Source of the DNA: Squalus acanthias
Taxonomy: Eukaryota
Assembly (NCBI GenBank): GCA_030390025.1
Contig: CM059432.1
Location: forward strand, 90,026,001 to 90,090,000
Direction of reading: 5' to 3'
DNA: 64,000 nucleotides
The position numbers and the translations under genes were made by a program. Of the stretch, positions 35,800-48,431 are shown piece by piece. The stretch's first letter is position 1; each line of letters opens with the position of its first letter. The notes beneath the pieces were generated by a model. It did not search any database. It was given only the letters and a program-made list of their open reading frames with translations, and was not told the origin of the DNA.

Positions 35800-36290
35800 A
35801 GAGAGTCGAGCTGTATCCCATCAGCTGAATCCAAGGTGAAAGGATAGTGGGGTAAATTTTAGTTGTAATCTGGCAGAGTGGATCACCTGCCCCTATTTTG
35901 ACGTATGGTGACCAAAACCGCGTGCAGTATTGCATAGGAGGTCTGACCAGCACATTAGAAAGTCTCAGCATAACCTCTGTAGCCTTATACTCCACTGTAC
36001 TGGCTGTGTATTCCAACATGCATAATTGTTTTTAACATTGTTCCAACATTGATGCCTAGATTATTGTTACTCCCTATTTCTTTCTAAGTTTCCCTGTGCC
36101 AATTCTATCCCTTTCATTGTATATCTATATCACAAATCTTTTGTCCAATCTACAATAGTTTACACTTGACAGTATTAAATTTCATTTGCCATGTGTCTGC
36201 CTAATTGCATAACTGATTTAAATGCTCCTGCAAATGAGTTATGGCATCCTCTGTCTCTGCTGCTTTCCCTATTTTTGTGAAATTACTGCC
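35800..36290 (-). mobile_element. Degraded CR1 ORF2 C-terminal fragment
   Basis: VEYKATEVMLRLSNVLVRPPMQYCTRFWSPY; WQMKFN-like sequence near 36180. Confidence 0.75.
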
Positions 36291-36930
36291 CTACTTTCCC
36301 CTTTGCAGCCAACTCAGACCCAGTCCCAGAGGCCTATCATCCATAATGCCACAGTCTTCCTCCCTGACTCAAACTATATGTAAAATATACCAATTAAGGT
36401 CATACCAAAATAGAAATACTTGGAACTATATGCAAATCAAAATGTATCAAATATTTATTATATAATATTCAAAAGCTTGTGAAAGATGTGCACTTTCTGC
36501 CCTTACTTTCTGTTGTCACAATTTTTTGGTCACATTTTTATGTCTACGTTCACAATGGAAATGCTCAATGCAATATGTTAACATTATATATAAAAGCCAA
36601 AACCTATATCAACAATATTTGCCTGTCACAGAGTAATTGCAGACCTCCTGACAGTAGATGGTGATGCTCCACTTCCCGCCCACCTACATTGCCTCACACT
36701 ACAACGCAGTCTGTAAGAGGCCACTGCTTGTTTTATCTGTATAATATATAGATTATCACATTAAGTTCTTTGCTGCCGACTCTACCCTGCAGCAGGAGCA
36801 GATGTCCAACTCAGCTCCACTTTCTCCTTTGTAGACGACTCAGACACAGGCTCAGGGGCCTATTCTGACTGTGACTCTGCCCCAGGCCTAGAGGCCTACT
36901 TTCATTCTGAACCACTCTCTTTAATTTTAT

Positions 36931-39165
36931 TTACATAGGATTACATAGGATATATGGCACAGAAACAGGCCATTCGGCCCAACCAGTTTATGCCGACGTT
37001 TATGCTCTGCTTAAGCCTCCTCCTGTCTTTCCTCATCTAAATCTATCAGTGTAACCCTCTATTCCCTTCTCCCTCATATGCTTATCTAGCCTCCCCTTAA
37101 ATGCATCTATACTATTCACTTCAACCACTCCCTGTGGTAGCGAGTTCCACATTCTCACCACTCTCTGGGTAAAAAACTTGCTTCTGAATTCCCTATTTGA
37201 TTTCTTGGTGACTATCTTATATTGATGGCCTCTAGTTATGCTGTTCCCCATAAGTGGAAACATTCTCTCTGTATCTACTCTATCAAAACCTTTCATAATT
37301 TTAAATTCCTCAATTAGGTCATCCCTCAGCCTTCTTTTTTCAAGCGAAAAGAGACCCAGCCTGCTCATCCTTTCCTGATAGGTATACCTTTGCATTTCTG
37401 GTATCATCCTTATAAATCTTCTCTGCACCCTCTCCAGTGCCTCTATATCCTTTTTATAATATGGCGACCAGAATTGTACGCAGTACTCTAAGTGTGGTCT
37501 AACCAAGGTTCGATACAAGTTTAGCATAACCTCACTACTTTTCAATTCTATCCCTCTATTTAAACCCTAGTGCCTAGTTTGCTTTTTTTAATGGCCTGTG
37601 GTTGCTACTTTTAGTGATTTGTGTACTTGTACTCCTAGATCTCTTTGCTCCTCTACCCCACCCAGACTCGCACCCTCCAAGTAATAAGTGACCTCCCTAT
37701 TCTTCCTACCAAAATGTAATATCTCACATTTATCTGTGTTGAATTTCATTTGCCAATTATATGCCCATTCTTCAAGTTTATTAATGTCTTCCTGTAATTT
37801 GTTGCAGTCCTCCTCAGTATTAACTATCCCCCCCAATTTGTGTTTTTGATTCCAAAGTCTAAATTGTGAATATAAATTGTGAACAACAGTGGTCCCAGCA
37901 CTGATCCTTGTGGAACACCACTTCCCACCTTCTGCCACTCTGAATAGCTACCCTTTACCCCTACTCTCTGCTTTCTGTCTTGAAGCAAGCTAACTATCCA
38001 TTCTGCTACTTGTTCCCTGACTCCGCATTCTCTGACCTTCTTCATTAGTCTATTATGTGGTACCTTATCAAAGGCCTTTTGAAAATCTAGATAAATTATA
38101 TCTATTGCATTACCCTTGTCTATTCTCTCTGTTACCTCTTCAAAAAATTCTATGAGGTTGGTCAAGCAAGACTTTCCCTTTTGAAATCCATGCTGACTAT
38201 TCATTATTATATTTTTGGCTTCTAGATGTTCTATTATCTCCTTTAGTAGGGATTCCATTATTTTTCCTACCACCGATGTTAAGCTGACTGGTCTATAGTT
38301 CCCTGGACATGTTCTATCTCCCTTCTTAAGTATAGGTATTATGTTAGCTATCCGCCAGTCCTCTGGCACTACACCTTTTTCTAATGAATTATTAAATATG
38401 TGTAGTAATGCCTCTGCTATCTCTTCCCTAGATTCTTTTAAAATGCGCGGATGTAATCCATCCGGACCAGGGTTTTTTTCCTCTTTGAGTTTGATTAGTT
38501 TATTTAATATACGTCCTCTTTTTATTTTAAATGCAGCGATTTCATTACTAATTTAATGATCCAATGTCATATCCACTTGTTCTATCTCCCTGGTAAATAC
38601 TGAGGCAAAGTAATTATTTAATATTTCTGCTATCTCTCTAGCACTGCCTGTGGTATTATCCTGTCCATCCCTTAGTGGTCCTATTCCCATCCCGACCTTC
38701 CTTTTTTGATTTACGCGCCTGTAAACTATTTTACTGTTTTGTTTTATGTTCCTTGATAATTTAATTTCAGAGTTCCTCTTTACCTTCCTAATTGTTTATT
38801 TGGCTTCTTTCCTAATCTCTTTGTATTTTCCTTTATCATGCTCTCCCCTGCTGTCCATGTACTTCATGTATGCCTCTTTCCTTACCCTCAATTATTCCCT
38901 TATGGCTTTATTCATCCATGGTGTCTCATTAGTGTTTAGCTTGTTCTTGTTTTTTAGCAGCATATATTTTTTTCCTGGACTCTGTTGAACACCATTTTAA
39001 ATGTTTCCCATTGCTGTTCTATGTCACTGTTTGCAAATATTGTTGTCCATTTTATTTTCCCCAAGTTGAATTCTCAGCCCCTCAAAATCAGCTTTTCTCC
39101 AATCTATTACCCTGGTCTTCATCATACTTATGTCCTTCTCAATTATTATTTTAAAGTGTATTATA
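36931..39165 (-). mobile_element. CR1-type LINE (2.2 kb, fairly well-preserved RT and 3' UTR)
   Basis: [66 protein letters not shown]; (TCCTATGTAA)2 tail. Confidence 0.96.
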
Positions 39166-41059
39166 TTTAAACTTTTCTTCTACATGATCTTCAATCTCAT
39201 TTTTCTGACACTTGAAGAAACAACCTTAAATTATTAATTCCTACTTTGCCACTGTTATTACATTACTTTTCCAAATGTATTTAATTAATTCCCAGTTACT
39301 GATTTATTACTTGGTTCCCACTTTATTTCCTTTTTCAACTTTGCTACCCCATGCCTTCCCTGACTATCCCAGAAAATGTGCTACCCCAGAAACGACCACT
39401 TAATCCCCACTGCCAGAAAAGCTTGCTGCTCAAAGAATCTGCCACACACCATCACTCAATCCAAAATGACAGAAGACAGAAAGAAGCAGACGATTACAGA
39501 AATAAAAGACAAATAAGAGAGAAAAACAAAAGAGGAGACAAATGGAGAGAAACCAAAGAGAACAGAGAGAGCAAAAAGAAAAAAATGAGAGAAAGACAGA
39601 AGTAGCAACACAAAGATGACAGACAGGTAGCGAGAACGTATATTGTCCAATTTACAGTGGTCAACCTATGGAAGATCCACTAATATAAATATAGAATTAT
39701 TAGATCAAAGTATAGGATTATATATTTAAAATATCAAGCTAATTATGAATATATGGAATTATAAACAAATGTATCCAATGTTGAGGTTACGAAGGTGTCT
39801 GTTGCACTAATATCACAATCCTTATTAAATCTACCATAATACTCAGTTTATTTCTGCCATGAAGCAAACCATCAAAATTAACATGTTGACCTTTTTACTT
39901 GTGGCTTATTAGTTTTGTAAAATAAATTGCATATATCCACACTTGTCTTTCTTTTCCCTTTTTCTCAATAAGAGAATTTGTGATTGTGAACAATTCACAA
40001 TCCAACATTCTGTGTGAAAGCTAACAAAGGAGCAGCTTAATAATACATGTCTTTGGCTATAACCTTACATTTGTCAGTGTAGTGGATTCTGTTAGCAGTT
40101 GTACATTAATGTGCAGTTGCACAAACATAGAGAACGATTCTAAATAGAAAAGGAAATAAACATTACAAGTACAGAAGAGAAAACCTGAGTTCAAAACAAT
40201 AAAATGTCTACCTTGCTTTTGAGTATTTTTTTAAATTAAATTTGCTGATGAAGATTCACACCATCATTAAATTCTAATATTGGCCCAAAATAGTTAGCCT
40301 ATATATAACATACTGAAATCATCCCGTTTGCCTCAAGGCAGTTACAGAGTAATGCCCTTCTGTTGTCTTGAATGCACTAATGCACAACAAAGGATGAGAA
40401 ATAGGCAGATGCAAAACTAGTTTATCTGGGTACTATACAGATAAGTGGTTTCACCAGGGAAATGGAAGAACTGATAATTGTCTACACATGTCATTAGAAT
40501 TTGTGTTTGTTTTGTTGGAATTGACCATAATTGAATGCTGTTGTAGCACAGTAGCTTAGGCACTTGCTTCACACTGCTACACTCACAAGTCTATCTCAGA
40601 TAATGGAATTAGATCAGCTAATAGGCAGGAATACAGAAACAAAATGGTTGGATGCCTGCTTTATCAAGCTTTCTTCAAAAAAAAATGTAAATATTCTGTG
40701 ATCTAGGATTGATAACAAGAGTAACAGGCAATTTGAACAATATTCTGTAAAAATGTTTAGTAGATCAGATGATGAGCGTGGGGTGATTAGTATACACAAA
40801 TAGGTAAGAGTTTGGGTTGTCTTCCATCATTCACTATATGGTAAATATCTCAGCCAAAGAGGAACAAGCAACCTAAGATATGGTGCTTCTCACACCTCTC
40901 CTTCAAAAGAGAGAAAAATTAGAGGAAGATCAAGTCTCACCACTCTCCTGCACCCCCTTAAAGGCAATTTGTGGTAAAATTGACAACGAGTCAGGAACGG
41001 GAAGAAAACAAAAGTTAAAAAATGATGCTAAAACGTAGATTTGAAACCAGTAAGAGTGC

Positions 41060-41680
41060 TGGAGCAAGACACTATGATGGGATTCAAGAAGAAACGCAAG
41101 GCAAGTTCCTATTAGCAAATAAAATTTAAGGTTATTAAGTTCAGAAATGCATGCAGGGAAATGTGTGAGGCATATTGTATAATAAGAAATGTAGCAGTAT
41201 GGATATAAAGTTAGTTGACAGACAGGAAACAAAGTTAGGGCAAATGGGTATTGAACAGATTGAAGAAGGGTTGCAAGTGGTCTATCCCAGGGGTCAGTAC
41301 TGGGTCCACTTTTGTTCTCGGTTTAAATAAATGATTTGGACGTGTATATAGGGAACACAATAAATGATTTGGACGTGTATATAGGGAACACAATAAATGA
41401 TTTGGACGTGTATATAGGGAACACAATTTTGAAATTTGCTGACAAAACCAAAGTAGGGGGTTTGGCAAACATTGGTTACCAAAGTACAAAAAGATTTTGA
41501 CACCCTTCATACACTAAGGCAGGATGTAACCTACAAAGAATTGTGCTGCCACTATCTATGTTTGTATGATGGCAGTCTCAAATACACTGACAGAAAAACG
41601 AATTAGTGAGAAGTAAATTGATATCAAAAAGTATTTATTTATTCAAAGAGCTATAAATATTGGGAAATCTGCCAGGCAGC
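41060..41680 (+). mobile_element. Very degraded CR1 RT fragment
   Basis: [12 protein letters not shown] CCCAGGGGTCAGTACTGGGTCCAC, INDLD and KFADKTKVGG. Confidence 0.7.
41326..41427 (+). repeat. Perfect 33-bp triplication
   Basis: AATAAATGATTTGGACGTGTATATAGGGAACAC three times. Confidence 0.95.
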
Positions 41681-43339
41681 ATAAGTGCTGATTTTGGCAG
41701 GGCAACTGCCCCCACAATGTTAATATTGGGGTTCCAGTGCACCTCCCCAACCTTAGATGATTATCTATGCGTTGCTCCAGGTAGCCTCATTGGCTGAACT
41801 TGTCAGCCTGCTTATTCATATTTGCAGTTGCATTGATAAATTCAAATATTCCACAAACCAGGGAACTGACCATTCTGTTAAAACAGTTCCCTGCAGCATG
41901 AAAAATTTGAATTCACTAATCTCAATGCACGCATGCTTTACTGCTGCTATTTCCTTTACTGTGCATGCATCCAGATGCAAGGTGCCTTTCAGTCTTGCTT
42001 GTACAAGTCATGTTATGTGGTAGAAGCAAAATATTTGGGGTTGTTGTTGTTAAAGCACTGGACGACTGAGCTTCAGTGGGTCAAATGGTTTCTCTTACGT
42101 TCTTCTTACGTGTCTGGATTCACAGATGGAGTAATACTGAATATGTTTCTGATTTCCTTAAGTTTTAGTAGTGACTGTGGATCTGTATTTTTTGGCCATA
42201 TCTTCATGTTAACGTGAATGACTCTTTGCTAGTTCAATGGAATATGCATCTAGTTCCCTCATGGTCACTCCACTTGTGCTTGGTTGTTTTCTGAATGCAA
42301 TGTACAGATTCTGCACATCATAAATTTGGGTCCTTGAAATCTAGTGCAAAGTAATCTGAATATTACCCCTATAAATTACATTTCAAATAATTAAAACATT
42401 GGGTAAATGATCAATAAAAACAACATAGAGTAATACATCACCAAAATGGAATACTAAATATAAAAGTGGAAGAAATTAAACCAACTAAATCCCAATTCCC
42501 TTTTCCATTTCAACAAATCTAATCATAAAAAAATAACTTTTGTTAAGTGTCAGAAAAACTGAACAGTAAATAAAAAAATCTGTTAAGGGCAGAAAGATAA
42601 AATGTAGAGACTTTAAATGATATATTGTATGTGGAAATGGCCTGACACTTCTTGTAGTGGCTGCTTTTACAAAGTAAAGTATTTTGGTATTTTTATCAGT
42701 AGTTATTAGAAATGTGTAAAATGCATTAAATCCACTATTTCTTCAAATTTTGCCATCTTTCAGGGCAGCAGTGTAACTAATTTGGATTTAAGAATATAGT
42801 AGAAATAATAATTCAGAGACCTTTTGGTAATTGGTTAAGCATTCTTTTTTTCTGCTGAGCTGTGTTTATTTTCATGTCCTTGTTGGTAAAGTTCCCTGCC
42901 CTTCCAGTATCAGCACAGTCTCACTGTTTGGTTGTCTGGTACTCCATATGAAATAACACAGGGAGTGCATTCGATTCACTGGAACATTTTCTACAACCGA
43001 CAAAGCTTCATGTGGCTATCTGTTCTTATATGATGGCAGTCTCAAATACACTGACAGTGTCATTGTCAGTCCTGGGCTGAAGTGGTCTGCAGTAATTTCG
43101 GATTAGAAAAGAAAGTGGAACTAAATATGAAAATGAATTTGGTCCAATAACGACCTCAAAGGGAAGTTTAACTTAGAGACAATTCAATGTCTGAGGTCTC
43201 TGGCTGGAAGAGGATGCCATGGAAGTGAAGAGCTCAATTGGGAAAGGAGAGAAAAAAGGATGAACAAAGGATATATGCAATTTTTTTAACATGGCATTTT
43301 CAAACATTTTTACATAATTATTTTTCCCGTCCAATTTTC

Positions 43340-43725
43340 TCCCTCGTCTCCTGATGGTGTTGACTCAAGCTGGGATATGGTCATGGGTGACAGTTGGTTT
43401 ACGTACCTCACCCAAGTAGCTATTCTTTGTGTGAAGGCCTGCGTCTTAGCAGGCTATTTGATTGCGAGGAGATATCGCAGTCAAGCGCAGTCATGTCCTC
43501 ATTTGATATTCACTCATGGGTGTACACACACAAACACGCTTTTCAGCAGGGGTCACTGGATGATGATAAGGAGCAGGAACCCTGCTTGATTTTACCCTTC
43601 CTCACCTATGGATACTGAGGCGAATTCTGACCACCTCAGCTAATTTAGCACAGACTAGGAATCTAACTTGGGACATTCTGGTCCACATGGCTCAGCTACA
43701 CACTGGCTTTACCTGCAATCATTAG
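43340..43725 (-). mobile_element. Old tRNA-type SINE (best-preserved copy)
   Basis: Mutual similarity with the 20395 and 25740 copies. Confidence 0.6.
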
Positions 43726-46700
43726 GAACTCATTTGTTCTTTTTAAGCTGCCTAATTGTGGTGCATAGTTTTATGTTTAATTTATGGGTAATAAGATTGC
43801 AAGCAGATCAAATACAGAAGAACATTTATAGTGAATTATATTTGCTTCCAACAAAGGCTGATTATTACTGACAGTTTGGTGAAATAGAATAAATTAGCAT
43901 GTTTCGCTTTAGTTACAGTAAGTAATCAGTTGAACTTAAAATGACTGCAGTCTTGACAATAATTCAGAGGTATATCCTTTTCTTCTCCAGGCTGGCAGCC
44001 TGTTCTAAAACTGACTGTATGTTTCACAAAAAAGAATGTGATCCAAAATAATTTCCGGTAGTTGAACTGTTCTGAACACTTTTAGAAAAGGAGATTGTGA
44101 TATTGTGTATTTGTAGGGTAGCACTGGATAGGAATGACCCCAAAGAGAGTGATAAGCTCAACCCCATACTCCCTTCTCTATTGTGAATAAAAGGAAGAGA
44201 TGATAGTGAGAATGTCCTCTCCATCAGAGAAAAGAGTATTTTTTACTGAAGCTTTGTTTTTCTATTTCATAACACATTTAAGTTTGGTGTGCAGAGCATC
44301 AGGGCACAGTTGGACAAGTGCTGGTGGAAGAGAGATTGTCTCGGAAATAGTTACTGTAGCACTTGCCAAATTGAAATTTATTTCATATCAGTGCTTTCAC
44401 AGAGTCCACATCATCCAGCAGCACCACAAGTATCTCCAAATAAAATCAATGATCTTACGACACTGCTAAACTATTTCTATCCCATAAATCTTTCTGTGCC
44501 CACATCCAACAAATGAAAGTTGCCATGAAGCTGGAAGCACTGATTTCCATGAAAGGAAGGTGGATCACGCTATTTAATATGGGCAAAATAATGAAATGTC
44601 AGAGTTTATATTTCCACTGTAAGTTGAGAGTAATTTCACTAAAACAGGAGAACACAATTCACATTTAGAATTGTAAATTTTTACTTATAAAGGGAGTTAC
44701 AATTTCTCTGTGTTTACAAAATGGGTTTCACTGTACACTAGCTTGTTGAACTAAGCAGTTCATCCCTTAAAAATGATATATCTGTACTAGACTATTAGTT
44801 TGCTACAATGTAACACTGGTAATATGCTAATACACATGCAAATCCCAGCAGCTGAAATTGGTAAAGTGCCAGTGGATTTTTCACACCAGACTGTAAAATT
44901 ACCTTTTTCAACCTCTTTGATGTGATAAGGAAGTGCTAAATCAAAGCAAATGCCAAGCCCTCACTGAGGGACCAAACAGCATTTGAGCCACTCATTGCCG
45001 AGGCAGGGCATGCAGACTTCGACTGTGAGTCTCTCTGTGGATCAGACAGGCATGTAACAGCCGCTTTGTGCCACCTGCTATCTATCACTTAATTAGCATA
45101 ATCATCTAATTTCCAGTTGGAAATAATGGTGTCATGCACTTTTCTGTAATTGCTACTGTCATAATATATGCTGAATTATGTCACACTTGTGTTATATGAT
45201 TAGACATTTCAGGGGGTGGCTAAGGCATTGAATTCACACATCAGTACCTTTGATCTTGGTCGTGATACTAGCCAGTACAATAACTTCAGAAGCTTTTTGT
45301 GTTTTGATAGTTATACTATTACAGAATGTGGTAAGATGGAAAAAAATAATGAATTACAAATTAATCTGAGATGTAGTGAAGTTTACGCTTTCGTGTCTGC
45401 ATTTATGATGAAACTTCTTAATTGTACAGCACTTAAAATAACAGTGCTATATCCCACATTCATTAGCTCATAAAGAATTTGCTTTGCATTAATGTGATGG
45501 TGATGATCATCAGACATAATGAGGACTTTAAATATTTACAGTATTAAGTAGGTATGCCGATGGGTGAGGTGGAAAGGAGCAGATTATATGTTTTTTTTAA
45601 AACTTGATGCTTTATATAATTAGCTTGCTTGCATTTTACTCTCAGGGATTACATCACAAGCTACCCATAGGTAATGAATAGGTCAGCCTAGGGCAGTTTA
45701 ACTTCAGTTGAACAGACAGCACTGGGCCATGGCATAAAAATGCAGCAAGCTAGAGACTGAGTGGCATCAGCTCATGCGAGTGTCAGGATAAAGAGACTTG
45801 TGTAATTGCATTATAATGGGCGGCCTTGCTAGATACACTGTAGACAAGATGACCATGATTCTCAGACTCATGTAGAGGTGCTGTATTCCCTGAATCGTTG
45901 TTCATTCAGAATCCTAGACGCCTGCAGTTTTCTACAGTTTTTAACTGAAAGTGTGTGCTGTTGTTCAAACAAGCCAATCTTTGCATGACTCACAACTAAT
46001 TTGGCATTTCACAGCTGGCTACTGGAAATTATGCAGACCTCTGATTCATCCGTCAATTTTACAAATAACCTCCAGACTTTATAATGATAATATTCATACA
46101 TCTGTAAAGTTGCCATTGGCAAAAACTACACACTAGTTAATTTCATATATGTATCTATGTACCTAATTATACAACATGTATTTTGATATCTTCTGGCTGT
46201 TAGATCTCCAGTGATCACAAATGTGTATGATATAACAACTAGAACTACTCTTCTCTCTGCTGCTGTAATTCAACTGTATTGAAATAGTTTATGGCAGTAG
46301 CTTGCTGTAATAATCTAATGCAGAAAGAACACCTTTTCTTTCTGAACAGTGACTGATAGAAAACCAAAATATATATTGCCCTTTTTGCATTGGTATTGAA
46401 TCACAGAATTATTCACACTAGCTTCCTGTCCCACTGTGATACAATAAGCATTTGGACCAAGACTGCCCTGAATGAACATAATACAAACAGTACATTTACA
46501 CTCCACAAGTTTATCATCAGTGCAAAGTTGAAATAACTTTACACCATTGTAAGTGTAAGTTGAGTGTAAAGGCCCAAACAGACACCGAAGCGAAGAAGAG
46601 TGAGACTCCCTCCTCCTCATTTTGGGCCTTGACAACAGACTCAGGTTGCATTTACACTCAACTGCACTTTGAACAGATTCTACAGTTGTAGTGTAAGTGC

Positions 46701-46862
46701 ATCCTAAATCCTTGTGAAGTGATTTTTCAAGGAAGCAACCAATCACCTCTGGAGAATGGTGAGGTATTGCACAAAACCTAACTTAGCTTATTAATTAATT
46801 CTCATTAAGACTAAACAAAACAATGATTATATTGTAAAAATAAATTCACACCCTTGAATAAA

Positions 46863-48392
46863 CAGAATAGAATCATAGATGTTTACGCACAGAAGGAGGC
46901 CAGTTGGCCCATCGTGTCTGTGCCGGCCGAAAAAGTGCTATCAAGTCTGATCCCACTTTCCAGCTCTTGGTCCGTAGCATTGTAGGTTATGGCACTTCAA
47001 GTGCATATCCAAGTACTTTTTAAATGCAAGTAACCTGTACATTGAAGTCTAAATCATTGATATATACCACAAAAATCAAGGGACCTACTACTGAGCCCTG
47101 TGGAACCCCACTGGAAACAGCCTTCCAGTCACAAAAACGCCCGTCAACCATTATCCTTTGATTCCCGCCACTGAGCCAATTTTGGATCCAACTTCTCACT
47201 TTCCCTTGGATCCCATGGGCTTTTACTTTTCTGACCAGTCTGCCATGTGGGACCTTGTCAAAGGCCTTGCTAAAATCTATGTAGACTACATCAAACGTGC
47301 TACCCTCATCGAACCTCCTTGTTACCTCCTCAAAAAATTCAATCAAGTTAGTCTTTCCTTAATAAATCCACGCTAACTGTCCTTGATTAATCCGTGCCTT
47401 TCTAAATGATGGTTAATACTGTTCCTCAGAATTTTTTCCAATAATTTGCCCACCACCGAGGTTAGGCTGACTAGCCTATAATTACTCGGTCTATCCCTTT
47501 CTCCCTTTTAATCAACGGTACAACATTAGCAGTCTTCCAACACCACGCCTGTAGCCAGAGAGGATTGGAAAATGATGGCCAGAGCCGCCGCTATTTCCTC
47601 CCTTGCCTCTCTCAACAGCCTGGGATACATTTCATCCGGGCCTGGCGATTTATCGACTTTCAAAGATGCTAAACCCCTTAATATTTCCTCGCTCCCTATC
47701 GTTATCTCATCTAATATTTCACACTCCTCCTCATTAACTACAATGTCTGCTTCATATCTTTCTTTTGTGAAGAAAGACAGATTGTGTGAAGTATTCATTA
47801 AGAACCATACCCACATCTTCCTCCACACACAGGTTATCTTTTTGGTCTCTAATAGGCCCTACTCATTCCTTAGTTACCCTCTTGCTCTTTATGTATTTAT
47901 GAAACATCTTTGGGTTTTTCTTGATTATACTTGCCAGTATTTTTTCATGCCCTCCCTTTGCTTTCCTAATTTCCTTTTTAATTTCACCCCTGCACTTTCT
48001 ATACTCCTCTAGGCGTTCTGCAGTATTGAGCTCTCGGTATCTGACAAAAACTTCCCTTTTTTCCCTTATCCTGCCCTGTATGCTCCTTGACATCCAGGGG
48101 GCTCTAGATTTGGGAGTCCCACCCTTTTCCTTTGTGGGAACATATTTGCTCTGAACCCTCACTATCTCCTCCTTGAATGCCTCCCACTGCTCTGACACCA
48201 ATTTACCTTCAAGTAGCTGTTTCCAGTCCTCTTTTGCTAAATCACATTTCAGCTTAGTAAAATTGGCCTTTCCCCAATTGAGAACTTTTACTCCTGGTCT
48301 ATCTTTGTCCATTTCCATCTAACTGAATTATGATCATTACCACCAAAATGCTCTCCCACTGATACCTCTTCCACCTGCCCAGCTTCATTCCC
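46863..48392 (-). mobile_element. CR1-type LINE with internal deletions
   Basis: IDFSKAFDKVPHGRL..GVPQGSVVGP; LKVDKSPGPDEMYPRLL; VLNWGKANF; 3' UTR joined directly to RT at about 47030. Confidence 0.94.
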
Positions 48393-48431
48393 TCCACCTA
48401 GGAGGGAACAAGGAACAGTTGCACTGACAGG

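Noticed and set aside
46315..46746. Cys-rich 143-aa ORF
   Set aside because: No recognisable domain or splice context; overlaps a degenerate palindrome.
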